DNA from: an uncultured Pelagibacteraceae bacterium
GTDB lineage: Bacteria; Pseudomonadota; Alphaproteobacteria; Pelagibacterales; Pelagibacteraceae
Reading direction: 5' to 3'
Length of the DNA stretch: 64,000 bases
Assembly: GCA_902585415.1 (NCBI GenBank)
Contig: CACIDN010000005.1
Span: forward strand, 7,984-71,983
Made by a program: the position numbers and the translations under genes. This document shows positions 43,767 to 52,410 of the stretch, in pieces. A model generated the notes under the pieces. It did not search any database. It was not told where the DNA came from and worked only from the letters and a program-made list of their open reading frames with translations. Positions within the stretch are counted from its first letter, which is position 1, and each line of letters begins with the position of its first letter.

Positions 43767-44886
43767 GTTTTTAATAATCATTTTTTTTAATGTATTAATT
43801 CTTTTTTTGTTGCTAGATTTTTTAATTGGTAAAAAAATTGAAAAAATGCTTTTTCTTCCAAAAGTAAATCAAAATAAATACGAAATTGGAACAAAAAATA
43901 TAGACTATCATCACACAATTAAAAAAAATCTTAATGTAAAAACATCTTATAATATATTTGAATATAAGGTTTGTTCAAATAAATATGGAATGAGAATTGT
44001 TTGTGAGCAAAAAAACGAGGTGAATAAAAATAATACAAAAAATTATGATGTTATGTTTATAGGAGATAGTTTTACATTTGGTGTAGGTTTAGACTATGAT
44101 AAAACATTTGTCGGCATTGTTCAAAATCAATTAAAAGATTTAAAAATTGGCAATATGGGAATTGAAAGTTATTCACCTACTTTATATTATTTAAAAACAA
44201 AGAAATTTTTAGAGGATAATTTTAAAATTAAAGAATTAATAGTTTTTATTGACATATCAGATATTGAAGATGAGTTTAGAAGATTTAAAATTCATCAAAC
44301 TTTACTAGATAATAAAATAAAAAATTTAAATGAAATTACTGAAAAAAAAATTATTGAAGAAGAAGTAAATCAAAAACAAAAACCTAAAAAAAATATTAAA
44401 TCTATATTAAAAGATAAATTTCCCTATTCTTATAGGTTATTATTTGAAATAAGATATTTTTATCTCCCTCAACCGAAATATAGATATCATTATCGATATA
44501 ATAGAAGTGTTTGGTCATATGATCAAAAATTAGCAAACTACGATGTCCAATTTGGTATAAAAAGTTCAATAAAATCTATGGATAAACTATATGAACTTTT
44601 GAACCAAAATAATATTAAATTATCTGTAGCAGTTTATCCATGGGTTAATAATTTGTTATATGATAAAAAAAATTCCAAAGCTGTCAAAATCTGGGAAAAT
44701 TTTTGTAAAAATAAATGCTACAGATTTTACAACTATTTTGATGATTTTTTTGAAAATAAAAACAAACTATCTAAACAAGATGCTTTAAGATTAATTAAAC
44801 AATACTATTTAACTGGTGATATGCATTTTAATTTTGAAGGTAATAAATTGATAGCTGAAAAAATTATTTTGGATTTTATAAAATAG
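43750..44886 (+). CDS. Membrane-anchored SGNH/GDSL-hydrolase-like protein
   Basis: N-terminal TM segment, IGDSFTFG, NMG..SY and D.HFN..GN motifs. Confidence 0.75.
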   Translation: MAQKIKFLIIIFFNVLILFLLLDFLIGKKIEKMLFLPKVNQNKYEIGTKNIDYHHTIKKNLNVKTSYNIFEYKVCSNKYGMRIVCEQKNEVNKNNTKNYDVMFIGDSFTFGVGLDYDKTFVGIVQNQLKDLKIGNMGIESYSPTLYYLKTKKFLEDNFKIKELIVFIDISDIEDEFRRFKIHQTLLDNKIKNLNEITEKKIIEEEVNQKQKPKKNIKSILKDKFPYSYRLLFEIRYFYLPQPKYRYHYRYNRSVWSYDQKLANYDVQFGIKSSIKSMDKLYELLNQNNIKLSVAVYPWVNNLLYDKKNSKAVKIWENFCKNKCYRFYNYFDDFFENKNKLSKQDALRLIKQYYLTGDMHFNFEGNKLIAEKIILDFIK

Positions 44887-44910
44887 AATTAATTATTAAT
44901 GTACTACAAC

Positions 44911-45049
44911 AAGAGTATAATATGAGTACAGAAAGATAAAATTAAAAAAATTTACCTAATACTCTTACTTTATTATAAATATTAGTATAAATACTTATAA
45001 AATTAATTAATGCCCTCGTGGTGAAATTGGTAGACATAAAGGATTTAAA
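44911..45049 (+). repeat. Copy 2 (degenerate) of arm motif, upstream block and tRNA-Leu 5' half (45012-45049)
   Basis: GCCCTCGTGGTGAAATTGGTAGACAtAAAGGAtTTAAA with 2 mismatches; eroded upstream block; AAGAGTAT-AAT-ATGAGTAC tandem at 44911. Confidence 0.88.
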
Positions 45050-45432
45050 TGGCTGATGTAAAAATAAATTCAAATAAAAGTTTTGGGATAGTTTTTTCCA
45101 TAGTATTTTTTCTTATTGCTTTATACCCTTTAACTTATTATGGAGAAATAAGAGTATGGTCTGGAATAGTTTCTTTGATCTTTTTAGTCATAGCTTTATT
45201 TAACTCTAAAATTTTAGCTCCTTTAAATAAACTATGGTTTAAATTTGGTATTTTTTTAGGTCGAATAATTTCACCAATAATAATGGGTATAATATTTTTT
45301 TTAATAGTAACACCTATAGGATTAGTAATGAGATTATTGAGAAAAGACATATTAAATTTAAAATTTAATAAGAGTAAATCTTATTGGATTAAAAAAGATG
45401 GTCCAAAGAGTAAGATGAAAAATCAATTTTAA
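45049..45432 (+). CDS. SxtJ-family membrane protein
   Basis: SNKSFG, PLNKLW.KFG, TPIG, SYW and MKNQF motifs; precedes a DUF5989-like gene and a carbamoyltransferase. Confidence 0.82.
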   Translation: MADVKINSNKSFGIVFSIVFFLIALYPLTYYGEIRVWSGIVSLIFLVIALFNSKILAPLNKLWFKFGIFLGRIISPIIMGIIFFLIVTPIGLVMRLLRKDILNLKFNKSKSYWIKKDGPKSKMKNQF

Positions 45433-45433
45433 T

Positions 45434-45583
45434 ATGAGTTTTGTAAAAGAATTTTGGGAATTTTTAAAAGTCAGAAAAAAATATTGGCTTCTACCAATTA
45501 TAATTGTTCTAGCATTATTTGGAGTTTTAATAGTGCTAACTCAAGGTTCAGCTGTAGCTCCATTTATTTATACAATTTTTTAA
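45434..45583 (+). CDS. DUF5989 / SxtK-like small membrane protein (49 aa, absent from the ORF track)
   Basis: Translates as MSFVKEFWEFLKVRKKYWLLPIIIVLALFGVLIVLTQGSAVAPFIYTIF*; fills the gap between its two neighbours exactly. Confidence 0.85.
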   Translation: MSFVKEFWEFLKVRKKYWLLPIIIVLALFGVLIVLTQGSAVAPFIYTIF

Positions 45584-45584
45584 A

Positions 45585-47420
45585 ATGAGTTCTATTTTAG
45601 GTATTTCTGCATTCTATCATGATAGTGCAGCATGTATCTTAAAAGATGGAAAAATAATCGCAGCAGCACAAGAGGAAAGATTTACAAGAAAAAAACATGA
45701 CCCAAATTATCCTTATAATGCAATTGAGTTTGTTTTAAAATATGCAAATTTGAAACTTTGTGAAGTAGATCAAATAGTTTTTTTTGAAAAACCATTTTTA
45801 AAATTTGAAAGATTACTAGAAACGTATGTAGCTTTTGCTCCTGAGGGATTTATTTCCTTTGCAAAGGCAATGCCTGTGTGGATAAAAGAAAAACTTTTTC
45901 AAAAAAATCTTTTATTCAATAAACTTAAACAGCATGATCGTAATTATAAATCAGATGAAAATATCTTTTTTTCAGACCATCATTTAAGTCATGCTGCAAG
46001 TGCTTTTTTTCCATCACCTTTTGAAGAAGCGTTAGTATTGACCGCAGATGGAGTAGGTGAATGGGCAACAACAACAGTTGCAGTAGGAAAAAATAATGAT
46101 TTGGAAATTAAAAAAGAAATTCATTTTCCCCATTCTCTTGGATTACTTTATTCAGCATTTACCTATTACATAGGATTTAAAGTAAATAGTGGTGAATATA
46201 AATTAATGGGATTAGCTCCCTATGGAAATCCTATTTATGAAGATAAAATAAAACAAATAGTTGATTTAAAAGAAGATGGAACTTTTAGACTCGACCAAAA
46301 ATATTTCAATTATGCAACTGGACTTACAATGACAAATAAAAAATTTGATAATCTATTTGGTCAAAAACCTCGCAATCCACAGAAAGAACAGATAACTCAA
46401 TTTCATATGGATATAGCAGCATCTATTCAAAAAGTTACCGAGGAAATTATGATTAATTTAGCAAAATCAATACAAAAAGAATATGGTATTAAGAATTTAT
46501 GTTTAGCTGGTGGTGTAGCTTTGAATTGTGTTGCCAACGGAAAAATTCTTAAAGAAAAAATCTTTGATAATATTTGGATTCAGCCCGCAGCTGGTGATGC
46601 AGGTGGCTCTTTAGGCGCAGCTCTTGCGCTTTGGTACATTGATCAAGGAAATAAAAGATCAGTAAACCCAAAAGATGATATGAAAGGCTCATATCTAGGA
46701 ACTGAATTTAGTCAAGATGAAATTGAAAAAGAATTAAAAACTTTAGGAGCCACTTTTGAAACTTTAAAATACGATCAAATGATCGAAAAAACTGCTGAAT
46801 TCTTATCAAACGAAAAAGCTGTAGGATGGTTTCAGGGGAGAATGGAATTTGGCCCAAGGGCTTTAGGAGGCAGATCTATATTAGGAGATCCTAGATCTGA
46901 TAAAATGCAAAGAAATCTTAATTTAAAAGTTAAATATAGAGAAAGTTTTAGACCATTTGCACCGTCTATTTTAAGAGAAGATTTATCTGATTGGTTTAAT
47001 CTTGATATTGATAGTCCTTACATGCTTTTAGTTTCAGATGTTAAGATTGAAAAAAAAATAGAGATGACTGAAGAACAACAAAAACTATTTGGTATTGATA
47101 AGTTAAATATCAAAAGATCACAAATTCCTGCAGTAACTCATGTAGATTATTCAGCAAGGATACAAACAGTAACAAAAGATACTAATAAATGTTATTATGA
47201 CTTAATCTCTAAATTTAAAGAAAATACAGGATGTCCTGTAGTTGTTAATACTTCTTTTAATGTAAGAGGCGAACCAATTGTTAATACTCCTAGTGATGCT
47301 TTTAATTGTTTTATGGGCACTGAATTAGATTATTTAATAATAGGTAATTGCGTATTAGATAAATTGAAACAAAATCTAAATTTCAAAAAAGATTATATAA
47401 AAAAGTTTAATTTAGATTAA
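45585..47420 (+). CDS. O-carbamoyltransferase (NodU/CmcH/SxtI family)
   Basis: HDSAA, EERF.R.KH, HH.SHA, DGVGE, GEYKLMGLAPYG, AGGVALN, EFGPRALG.RS and NTSFN motifs. Confidence 0.93.
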   Translation: MSSILGISAFYHDSAACILKDGKIIAAAQEERFTRKKHDPNYPYNAIEFVLKYANLKLCEVDQIVFFEKPFLKFERLLETYVAFAPEGFISFAKAMPVWIKEKLFQKNLLFNKLKQHDRNYKSDENIFFSDHHLSHAASAFFPSPFEEALVLTADGVGEWATTTVAVGKNNDLEIKKEIHFPHSLGLLYSAFTYYIGFKVNSGEYKLMGLAPYGNPIYEDKIKQIVDLKEDGTFRLDQKYFNYATGLTMTNKKFDNLFGQKPRNPQKEQITQFHMDIAASIQKVTEEIMINLAKSIQKEYGIKNLCLAGGVALNCVANGKILKEKIFDNIWIQPAAGDAGGSLGAALALWYIDQGNKRSVNPKDDMKGSYLGTEFSQDEIEKELKTLGATFETLKYDQMIEKTAEFLSNEKAVGWFQGRMEFGPRALGGRSILGDPRSDKMQRNLNLKVKYRESFRPFAPSILREDLSDWFNLDIDSPYMLLVSDVKIEKKIEMTEEQQKLFGIDKLNIKRSQIPAVTHVDYSARIQTVTKDTNKCYYDLISKFKENTGCPVVVNTSFNVRGEPIVNTPSDAFNCFMGTELDYLIIGNCVLDKLKQNLNFKKDYIKKFNLD

Positions 47421-47478
47421 TGTAGTCTTTTAAACAAGAAAGAATCAAGAAACCAAAAATTGATTCAAAAATTAATAA

Positions 47479-47613
47479 TCAAACATATCAACAAAATCGT
47501 CCTTTGGAACTAATACTACTATTATTTATGATCCAGTAAGAGATAGACAAAATCAGATTGACAAAGGAATGAAAATGCTAGGTGGAAAGTGTACGCTAGG
47601 AATTGATTATTAG
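47479..47613 (+). pseudogene. Start-less C-terminal coding remnant (...NTTIIYDPVRDRQNQIDKGMKMLGGKCTLGIDY*)
   Basis: Protein-like open frame without a credible full-length start; its stop lies at the cassette A right-end motif. Confidence 0.45.
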
Positions 47614-47632
47614 TTATAGGATAATGTGGGAC

Positions 47633-47776
47633 AACTGGTACCTAACTGGTACCTAAGGAGATAAAATAAAAAAAATTTACTTATTACACTTGTTCAATTA
47701 TAAATATTAGCATAAATACTCATGAAATTCATTAATGCCCTCGTGGTGAAATTGGTAGACACAAAGGACTTAAAAT
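47633..47776 (+). repeat. Copy 3: right arm of cassette A, upstream block and tRNA-Leu 5' half (47737-47776)
   Basis: CTGGTACC-TAA-CTGGTACC at 47635; 40 nt identical to the tRNA 5' half. Confidence 0.95.
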
Positions 47777-47798
47777 AGTTTGAATTGAGGAATTTCAG

Positions 47799-47827
47799 AG
47801 TCTCTAATAGTCTCTAATAGTCTTAAT
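47799..47827 (+). repeat. 10-bp tandem repeat AGTCTCTAAT x2 plus a partial third copy
   Basis: Read directly; lies between the tRNA breakpoint and the left arm motif. Confidence 0.8.
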
Positions 47828-47901
47828 CTCTTATAATCCTATAACTTTTAAAATCATTGGATTATTTCTATTGAAAAATCTAAGCAATTAATTCTCAGAT
47901 T

Positions 47902-47930
47902 CTCGTACCATTCTCGGACATAGAGAGATA
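47902..47930 (+). repeat. Left tandem motif of cassette B (putative integrase arm site)
   Basis: CTCGTACC-ATT-CTCGGACA-TAGAGAGATA; 27/29 identical to 54011-54039. Confidence 0.8.
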
Positions 47931-47950
47931 ATTATTGTATAGTGATATCT

Positions 47951-47989
47951 ATGAAAAAAATTTTAGGGACCGTGGTTCTGGATTTATAA
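47951..47989 (+). pseudogene. Truncated signal-peptide stub MKKILGTVVLDL*
   Basis: 31 of 36 nt match the start of ORF 63142 (MKKLLGIVVLGL). Confidence 0.65.
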
Positions 47990-48003
47990 GGTATTAAATT
48001 AGC

Positions 48004-49218
48004 ATGAATATAAAATCTTATAAATTTTCTCTTTATGATTTTGCTAATTCTGCCTTTACAACAGTTATTATAACTTTTGTTTTCTCAAATTATTTTGCGG
48101 AGTCAATTGTTCAAGATATGGTTAATGGCCAGGCATATTGGGGTTGGGCCATTTCAGTATCAGGACTATGCATTGCATTAAGCGGACCCTTTTTAGGAAA
48201 TTTAGCTGATAAGAAGAATTTAAACTCAATTATCTTAAAATCAAGCACCTATTTATGTATACTTTTTACAGCAGCATTATGGTTTGCAAAACCATCTTCT
48301 GAATATATTTTATTTACCTTAATCATAGTTTGTTTGGCAAACTATTTTTATGAACTAAGTTCTATTTTCTATAATTCATTATTAGTTCATTCAGCTGACA
48401 AACAACATGTGGGAAAGGTGTCTGGTTTTGCTTTTGCGCTGGGGTATTTAGGTGGCATTGTCACACTTATTTTAACTATTATTTTATTAATTCAATCTAA
48501 TTATTTAGTCGATTTAGATCAAAAAATTAATTATAGATCAACCGCCATTTTTGTAGCTCTTTGGTTCCTCATTTTTTCCTATCCATTATTAAATCAAACT
48601 AAATATAAAAAAGTTGAACCAAACAAAAAGAAATCAAATAGTTTAAAAAAGATTCTTTGGAATAACGGTCTAACTAATACAACTCGTTTTTTGTTTGCAA
48701 GGCTACTTTATGCTGATGGTTTAAATACCATTTTTGTCATGGGAGGAATTTTTGCTGTTGGTGTATTTAAATTATCAATAAATGAACTTTTAATGATGTC
48801 TGTTTTAATGAATGTTGCTGCTTTAATAGGTGCTAGTTTTGGTGGATACTTCAATGACAAATATAATTCAAAAAAAACAATTTCCTTTTCCTTGATATGC
48901 CTTATTTTTTTCTCCATTTTAATCATTTTTACACAGTCAAAAATTAATTTTTTTATTTTTTCATTTTTCTTGGGATTATTTATAGGACCAATACAATCTG
49001 CTAGTAGGGTCATGATAACTAAATTAACAAAAATTGAGGATCAGAATAAAGCCTTTGGGTTATTTGCTACTTCTGGAAAGCTAACGTCTTTTTTTGGTCC
49101 ATTTTTAGTAGGGACCATTACTTTTATAACTGAAAATCAAAGGATAGGTTTTGCCTCAGTTCTTTTACTGCTCTTTTTTGGATGGATCATATTGCATAGA
49201 ACCAAGGGATTAAAATAA
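48004..49218 (+). CDS. MFS transporter (UMF1/Atg22-like)
   Basis: YDFANSAF, FYNSLL, GKVSG.AFALGY.GG and QSASR motifs; about 12 TM segments. Confidence 0.82.
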   Translation: MNIKSYKFSLYDFANSAFTTVIITFVFSNYFAESIVQDMVNGQAYWGWAISVSGLCIALSGPFLGNLADKKNLNSIILKSSTYLCILFTAALWFAKPSSEYILFTLIIVCLANYFYELSSIFYNSLLVHSADKQHVGKVSGFAFALGYLGGIVTLILTIILLIQSNYLVDLDQKINYRSTAIFVALWFLIFSYPLLNQTKYKKVEPNKKKSNSLKKILWNNGLTNTTRFLFARLLYADGLNTIFVMGGIFAVGVFKLSINELLMMSVLMNVAALIGASFGGYFNDKYNSKKTISFSLICLIFFSILIIFTQSKINFFIFSFFLGLFIGPIQSASRVMITKLTKIEDQNKAFGLFATSGKLTSFFGPFLVGTITFITENQRIGFASVLLLLFFGWIILHRTKGLK

Positions 49219-49838
49219 TGTTTATACACAGAGGATTAATTGCAAAAAACTTCAGAGAAAATCATATTACTTCATTTAAAGAGTGTATAAAAAAAAAGTT
49301 TAATATTGAGACTGATATTCACTTTACCCAAAACAATACACCCATTTGCTTTCATGATTATAGCTTAAGAAGGTTATTCAATATCAGAAAAAAAACTAAA
49401 ACAATTCTTGATAAGAATTTAAAAAAATACAAGATAACTAAACTATGTGATCTTTTAAAAATTTTAACTGTAAATACAAAAGTGTTAGTTGAGATTAAGC
49501 CATTTCTTAGGAAAAATACTTTAAATAGATTACTTGAAATATGTAATGGTTATAAGAAGAATGTTTATTTTATTTCTTTTAAAGAAAGCAATCTAGTTAA
49601 GATTAGAGGCATCACAAAAGATTTCAAACTTGGTTTAATATTACATAGCCATCATAAAAATAATAAGATTAACCAAAAACTAAATAAAAATCATATTAAT
49701 TTCTTTGTTTTTCATACTCAATTTTTATTCATTTCCAAAATAAAAAAAATACAAAAAAAAAAATATTTTTATACATTCAAAAATATAAGAATGAATGATG
49801 CTAAATCAAATTATATTATTGAAAATATTCTAAAATAA
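49218..49838 (+). CDS. Glycerophosphodiester phosphodiesterase family protein (short)
   Basis: HRG, EN, IETD, HD, EIK and ISF motifs. Confidence 0.75.
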   Translation: MFIHRGLIAKNFRENHITSFKECIKKKFNIETDIHFTQNNTPICFHDYSLRRLFNIRKKTKTILDKNLKKYKITKLCDLLKILTVNTKVLVEIKPFLRKNTLNRLLEICNGYKKNVYFISFKESNLVKIRGITKDFKLGLILHSHHKNNKINQKLNKNHINFFVFHTQFLFISKIKKIQKKKYFYTFKNIRMNDAKSNYIIENILK

Positions 49839-49840
49839 GT

Positions 49841-49870
49841 TAGGAGCTTGATAATATTACCAAGCTCCTA
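49841..49870. terminator. Probable bidirectional terminator between convergent genes
   Basis: TAGGAGCTTG / CAAGCTCCTA perfect 10-bp inverted repeat. Confidence 0.75.
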
Positions 49871-49891
49871 CTATTACTAGAGAGCTAACAA

Positions 49892-51982
49892 TTAATTAGA
49901 TACTAATTTAAGGGTTTCAGGTGGAGATCTTTTAACCATGGCTCCAGATGGTAAATTCATTTTAAAAATGAAAATTTGACCACCATTATCCGCGCCAACT
50001 TTCTTTAAAAACCCACCACTTTCACCTTTGTGCTGAACTACACCTAAAAATATACTATCTGATAAAGATACTGATTGATTAATTTTTTCATAATTAACAC
50101 CAGTTAGATCATCCATTGAATAGAATTTACCATTTTCATCTTTAGTCACTAAGGCTGTAATGTTCCATGATCCTGAAAACTCTGAACTTGTTGCTTTCGA
50201 AAATGATCCTGGGTAAACAGCAGTTTCTGCTTTGGCTCTTGGATTATTTTTACCTCCAGCCATTGCTAGAAAATAACCTTCATTTGGGTTCATTAAATTC
50301 ATATTGTTAGAGTCAATTACAAGTGAATATTTTCTTTCACCTTCCTTATTACCAGAATCTTCATCTACAATAAGAACGTCTCCATCAGATGTTTTAGACC
50401 AATATAATCCATCTGGTGCAACCATTTTAGCTTCACCATTTTCCCATGTTGAGTGATCACCGCCACTGTGTTTAAGACCTTTGTCAGCGGTAACTAGTTT
50501 TAATGATCCATCATACGCACCGACAACTTTAGTAACTTTAGCTGAAACATATTTAGGTAGATCTGCACTTCCCCAGAATGTTTTTTGAATTTCATTAACA
50601 AAGTTTGTCAATTCAATGCCAATTAATCCACCTTCTTGAGTCATATTTTGAAGATATCTTTGATTGTTAAAGTCAGGATCAACTGCAGGATGTTCTGTTT
50701 TAGAGTCGCCTACTAAAAAAGTATATCCTTTAGGTTGTTCTGATTGATTTCCCCAAAGAAAAACTTCTGTGTCTTTTACAGCTGGTGTTGTATTCCAACC
50801 TTTCCACTGGTAACTTGTTGGGTAAAATCTTACATCAAAATTATTTATAGAATCTGGATTTTTAAGATACTCATCAAGCATTTTCGCTGATAAATCAATT
50901 TTATCTATCCCTAATTTTGCAAAGTCCTCGTTAGCTAAAGCCATTCCGTATATTTTTCCATAAAGAAGACCATTTCTGCTTAAAAATTTATCTCTTTCAG
51001 TTGCATTATCAGCTAACGTTTTGCCATTAATACCAACATTTTTCTTACCTACATAAATTTTTAATGGAGCAGGCTCAACACCATGATTGTAACCAGCAAG
51101 AACCATTACAACAAAATCTTTATGTTTAGAATTTATTGGCATAATTTTTTCATAACCAGATTGACCTAATGCTGGCACAGTGTATGCAGTTCTATTTTTG
51201 ATATCTACAGCAATTGAAGCCAAACCTAATGTATCATCTGATGTATAATTAGTGTTTTCAAACATTCGTTTAATGTTCCATTCTTCTGCTGTTAGCCAAA
51301 TATCATCATTAAATCCAATTCCTTGACCATATTTATTTGCTTGTTCATACCAAGCGCCACAAAATGATTGGAAAAAAAAATCAGCTTTAGTTAATTTATA
51401 TTTGTCATTAAAGTTAATTAACTGTCTATTTGGTAGAGTTTGATTACCCCAAAGCCCACCATCAGCTTTGGCTTTTACAACTTCACCAAATTGATTATAA
51501 ATTGTATCAAACAATTTTCCTGAATTAATTACCATTCCACTGGCAGTATTGTTATTATTTAAGAAGTTTGCAAATTTTGTTCGATCATAATCAATTGTAT
51601 GAATATGGGAGCCAGTAAAAGTTGCACCAGAATTCATTTCCCATGGATAAGTTTCACTACTCATAGTTGCATAAGACTCACTTTGGTAAACAACTCTTAT
51701 AGTATTATTGTCATGTAACCATGCAGCATTACCATCTGGATATCCAGTTAACGCTTCATCATTTCTAAACTTATTAACTTCTCCAACAGTTGCTATTGCC
51801 TTTATTTTATCAATAAAAGGGAAGTCTAAATCACCACTTCCACCGTCAACTAATTGAATTTGATTATTTGCTGTACTAGCTTCTGGAATTAGAGATTTTA
51901 TTTCTCCAATTTTTAAGTTTTCTGCATTTGCAAAAGTTCCTGAAGCTGAAAGAACTATTAATGCAGTTATTATTTTTTTCAT
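49892..51982 (-). CDS. Secreted PhoX-fold (atypical) alkaline phosphatase
   Basis: Signal peptide; ordered PhoX-like ligand motifs PDG, QSE, FC, AEE, YE, TE, PDG, DED, SEFSG, QH; phosphate-starvation context. Confidence 0.65.
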   Translation of the reverse strand: MKKIITALIVLSASGTFANAENLKIGEIKSLIPEASTANNQIQLVDGGSGDLDFPFIDKIKAIATVGEVNKFRNDEALTGYPDGNAAWLHDNNTIRVVYQSESYATMSSETYPWEMNSGATFTGSHIHTIDYDRTKFANFLNNNNTASGMVINSGKLFDTIYNQFGEVVKAKADGGLWGNQTLPNRQLINFNDKYKLTKADFFFQSFCGAWYEQANKYGQGIGFNDDIWLTAEEWNIKRMFENTNYTSDDTLGLASIAVDIKNRTAYTVPALGQSGYEKIMPINSKHKDFVVMVLAGYNHGVEPAPLKIYVGKKNVGINGKTLADNATERDKFLSRNGLLYGKIYGMALANEDFAKLGIDKIDLSAKMLDEYLKNPDSINNFDVRFYPTSYQWKGWNTTPAVKDTEVFLWGNQSEQPKGYTFLVGDSKTEHPAVDPDFNNQRYLQNMTQEGGLIGIELTNFVNEIQKTFWGSADLPKYVSAKVTKVVGAYDGSLKLVTADKGLKHSGGDHSTWENGEAKMVAPDGLYWSKTSDGDVLIVDEDSGNKEGERKYSLVIDSNNMNLMNPNEGYFLAMAGGKNNPRAKAETAVYPGSFSKATSSEFSGSWNITALVTKDENGKFYSMDDLTGVNYEKINQSVSLSDSIFLGVVQHKGESGGFLKKVGADNGGQIFIFKMNLPSGAMVKRSPPETLKLVSN

Positions 51983-52022
51983 TTTTTTATCCTTTGTTGG
52001 GAAAAAGTCATAATATAAATAT

Positions 52023-52051
52023 GTTAAAAATTTTTTTCAGATAAGTTAAAG
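52023..52051 (-). promoter_or_regulatory. Pho-box-like triple repeat upstream of the phosphatase
   Basis: Minus strand reads CTTTAAC-TTAT-CTGAAAA-AAAT-TTTTAAC (7+4 period). Confidence 0.45.
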
Positions 52052-52359
52052 TTATTTAAAAATACAAACAAAAACTGAACTCAACAAATTATTACCTCCC
52101 TTGCAATATTTACATAACTACAAGGGAGACTTTAAATAGAAGGAAAAATAAATAATGTTAAATACCTCTAGATCTTTAGAGAAATTTTATTAACTATTTC
52201 TTAAACTCATATGAATAAATTATTAAAATTCATCCTTATTATATAAAAAGAAACCAAACTTTAACGAGAATTAAATTTAATGACTAATACTACAATAGTA
52301 TTGTTCTAGGATATTATAGGACAATACTTAGGATCAATTGGAGAATGCATGAAATGAAA

Positions 52360-52388
52360 CTGAAATAATTCTTTAATATAATTTTAAT
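52360..52388 (+). promoter_or_regulatory. Pho-box-like triple repeat upstream of olsB
   Basis: CTGAAAT-AATT-CTTTAAT-ATAA-TTTTAAT (7+4 period); same half-site types as at 52023-52051. Confidence 0.45.
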
Positions 52389-52410
52389 ATGAATCAGTTA
52401 ATTCGAATTT

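Larger units (their letters stand above)
43481..47736. mobile_element. Integrase-free cargo cassette A between tRNA-Leu half repeats (contains an internal decayed junction at about 44.9-45.05 kb)
   Basis: Bounded by tRNA 5'-half repeats; matching AACTGGTAC..AACTGGTACCTA motifs at 43606 and 47633; no integrase ORF. Confidence 0.7.

Noticed and set aside
45049-47420. Saxitoxin biosynthesis
   Set aside because: Only the widespread sxtI/J/K-like trio is present; no sxtA, sxtG or other pathway genes.
43442-47776. Three additional functional tRNA-Leu genes
   Set aside because: Each lacks the 3' anticodon stem, variable arm and T-arm.
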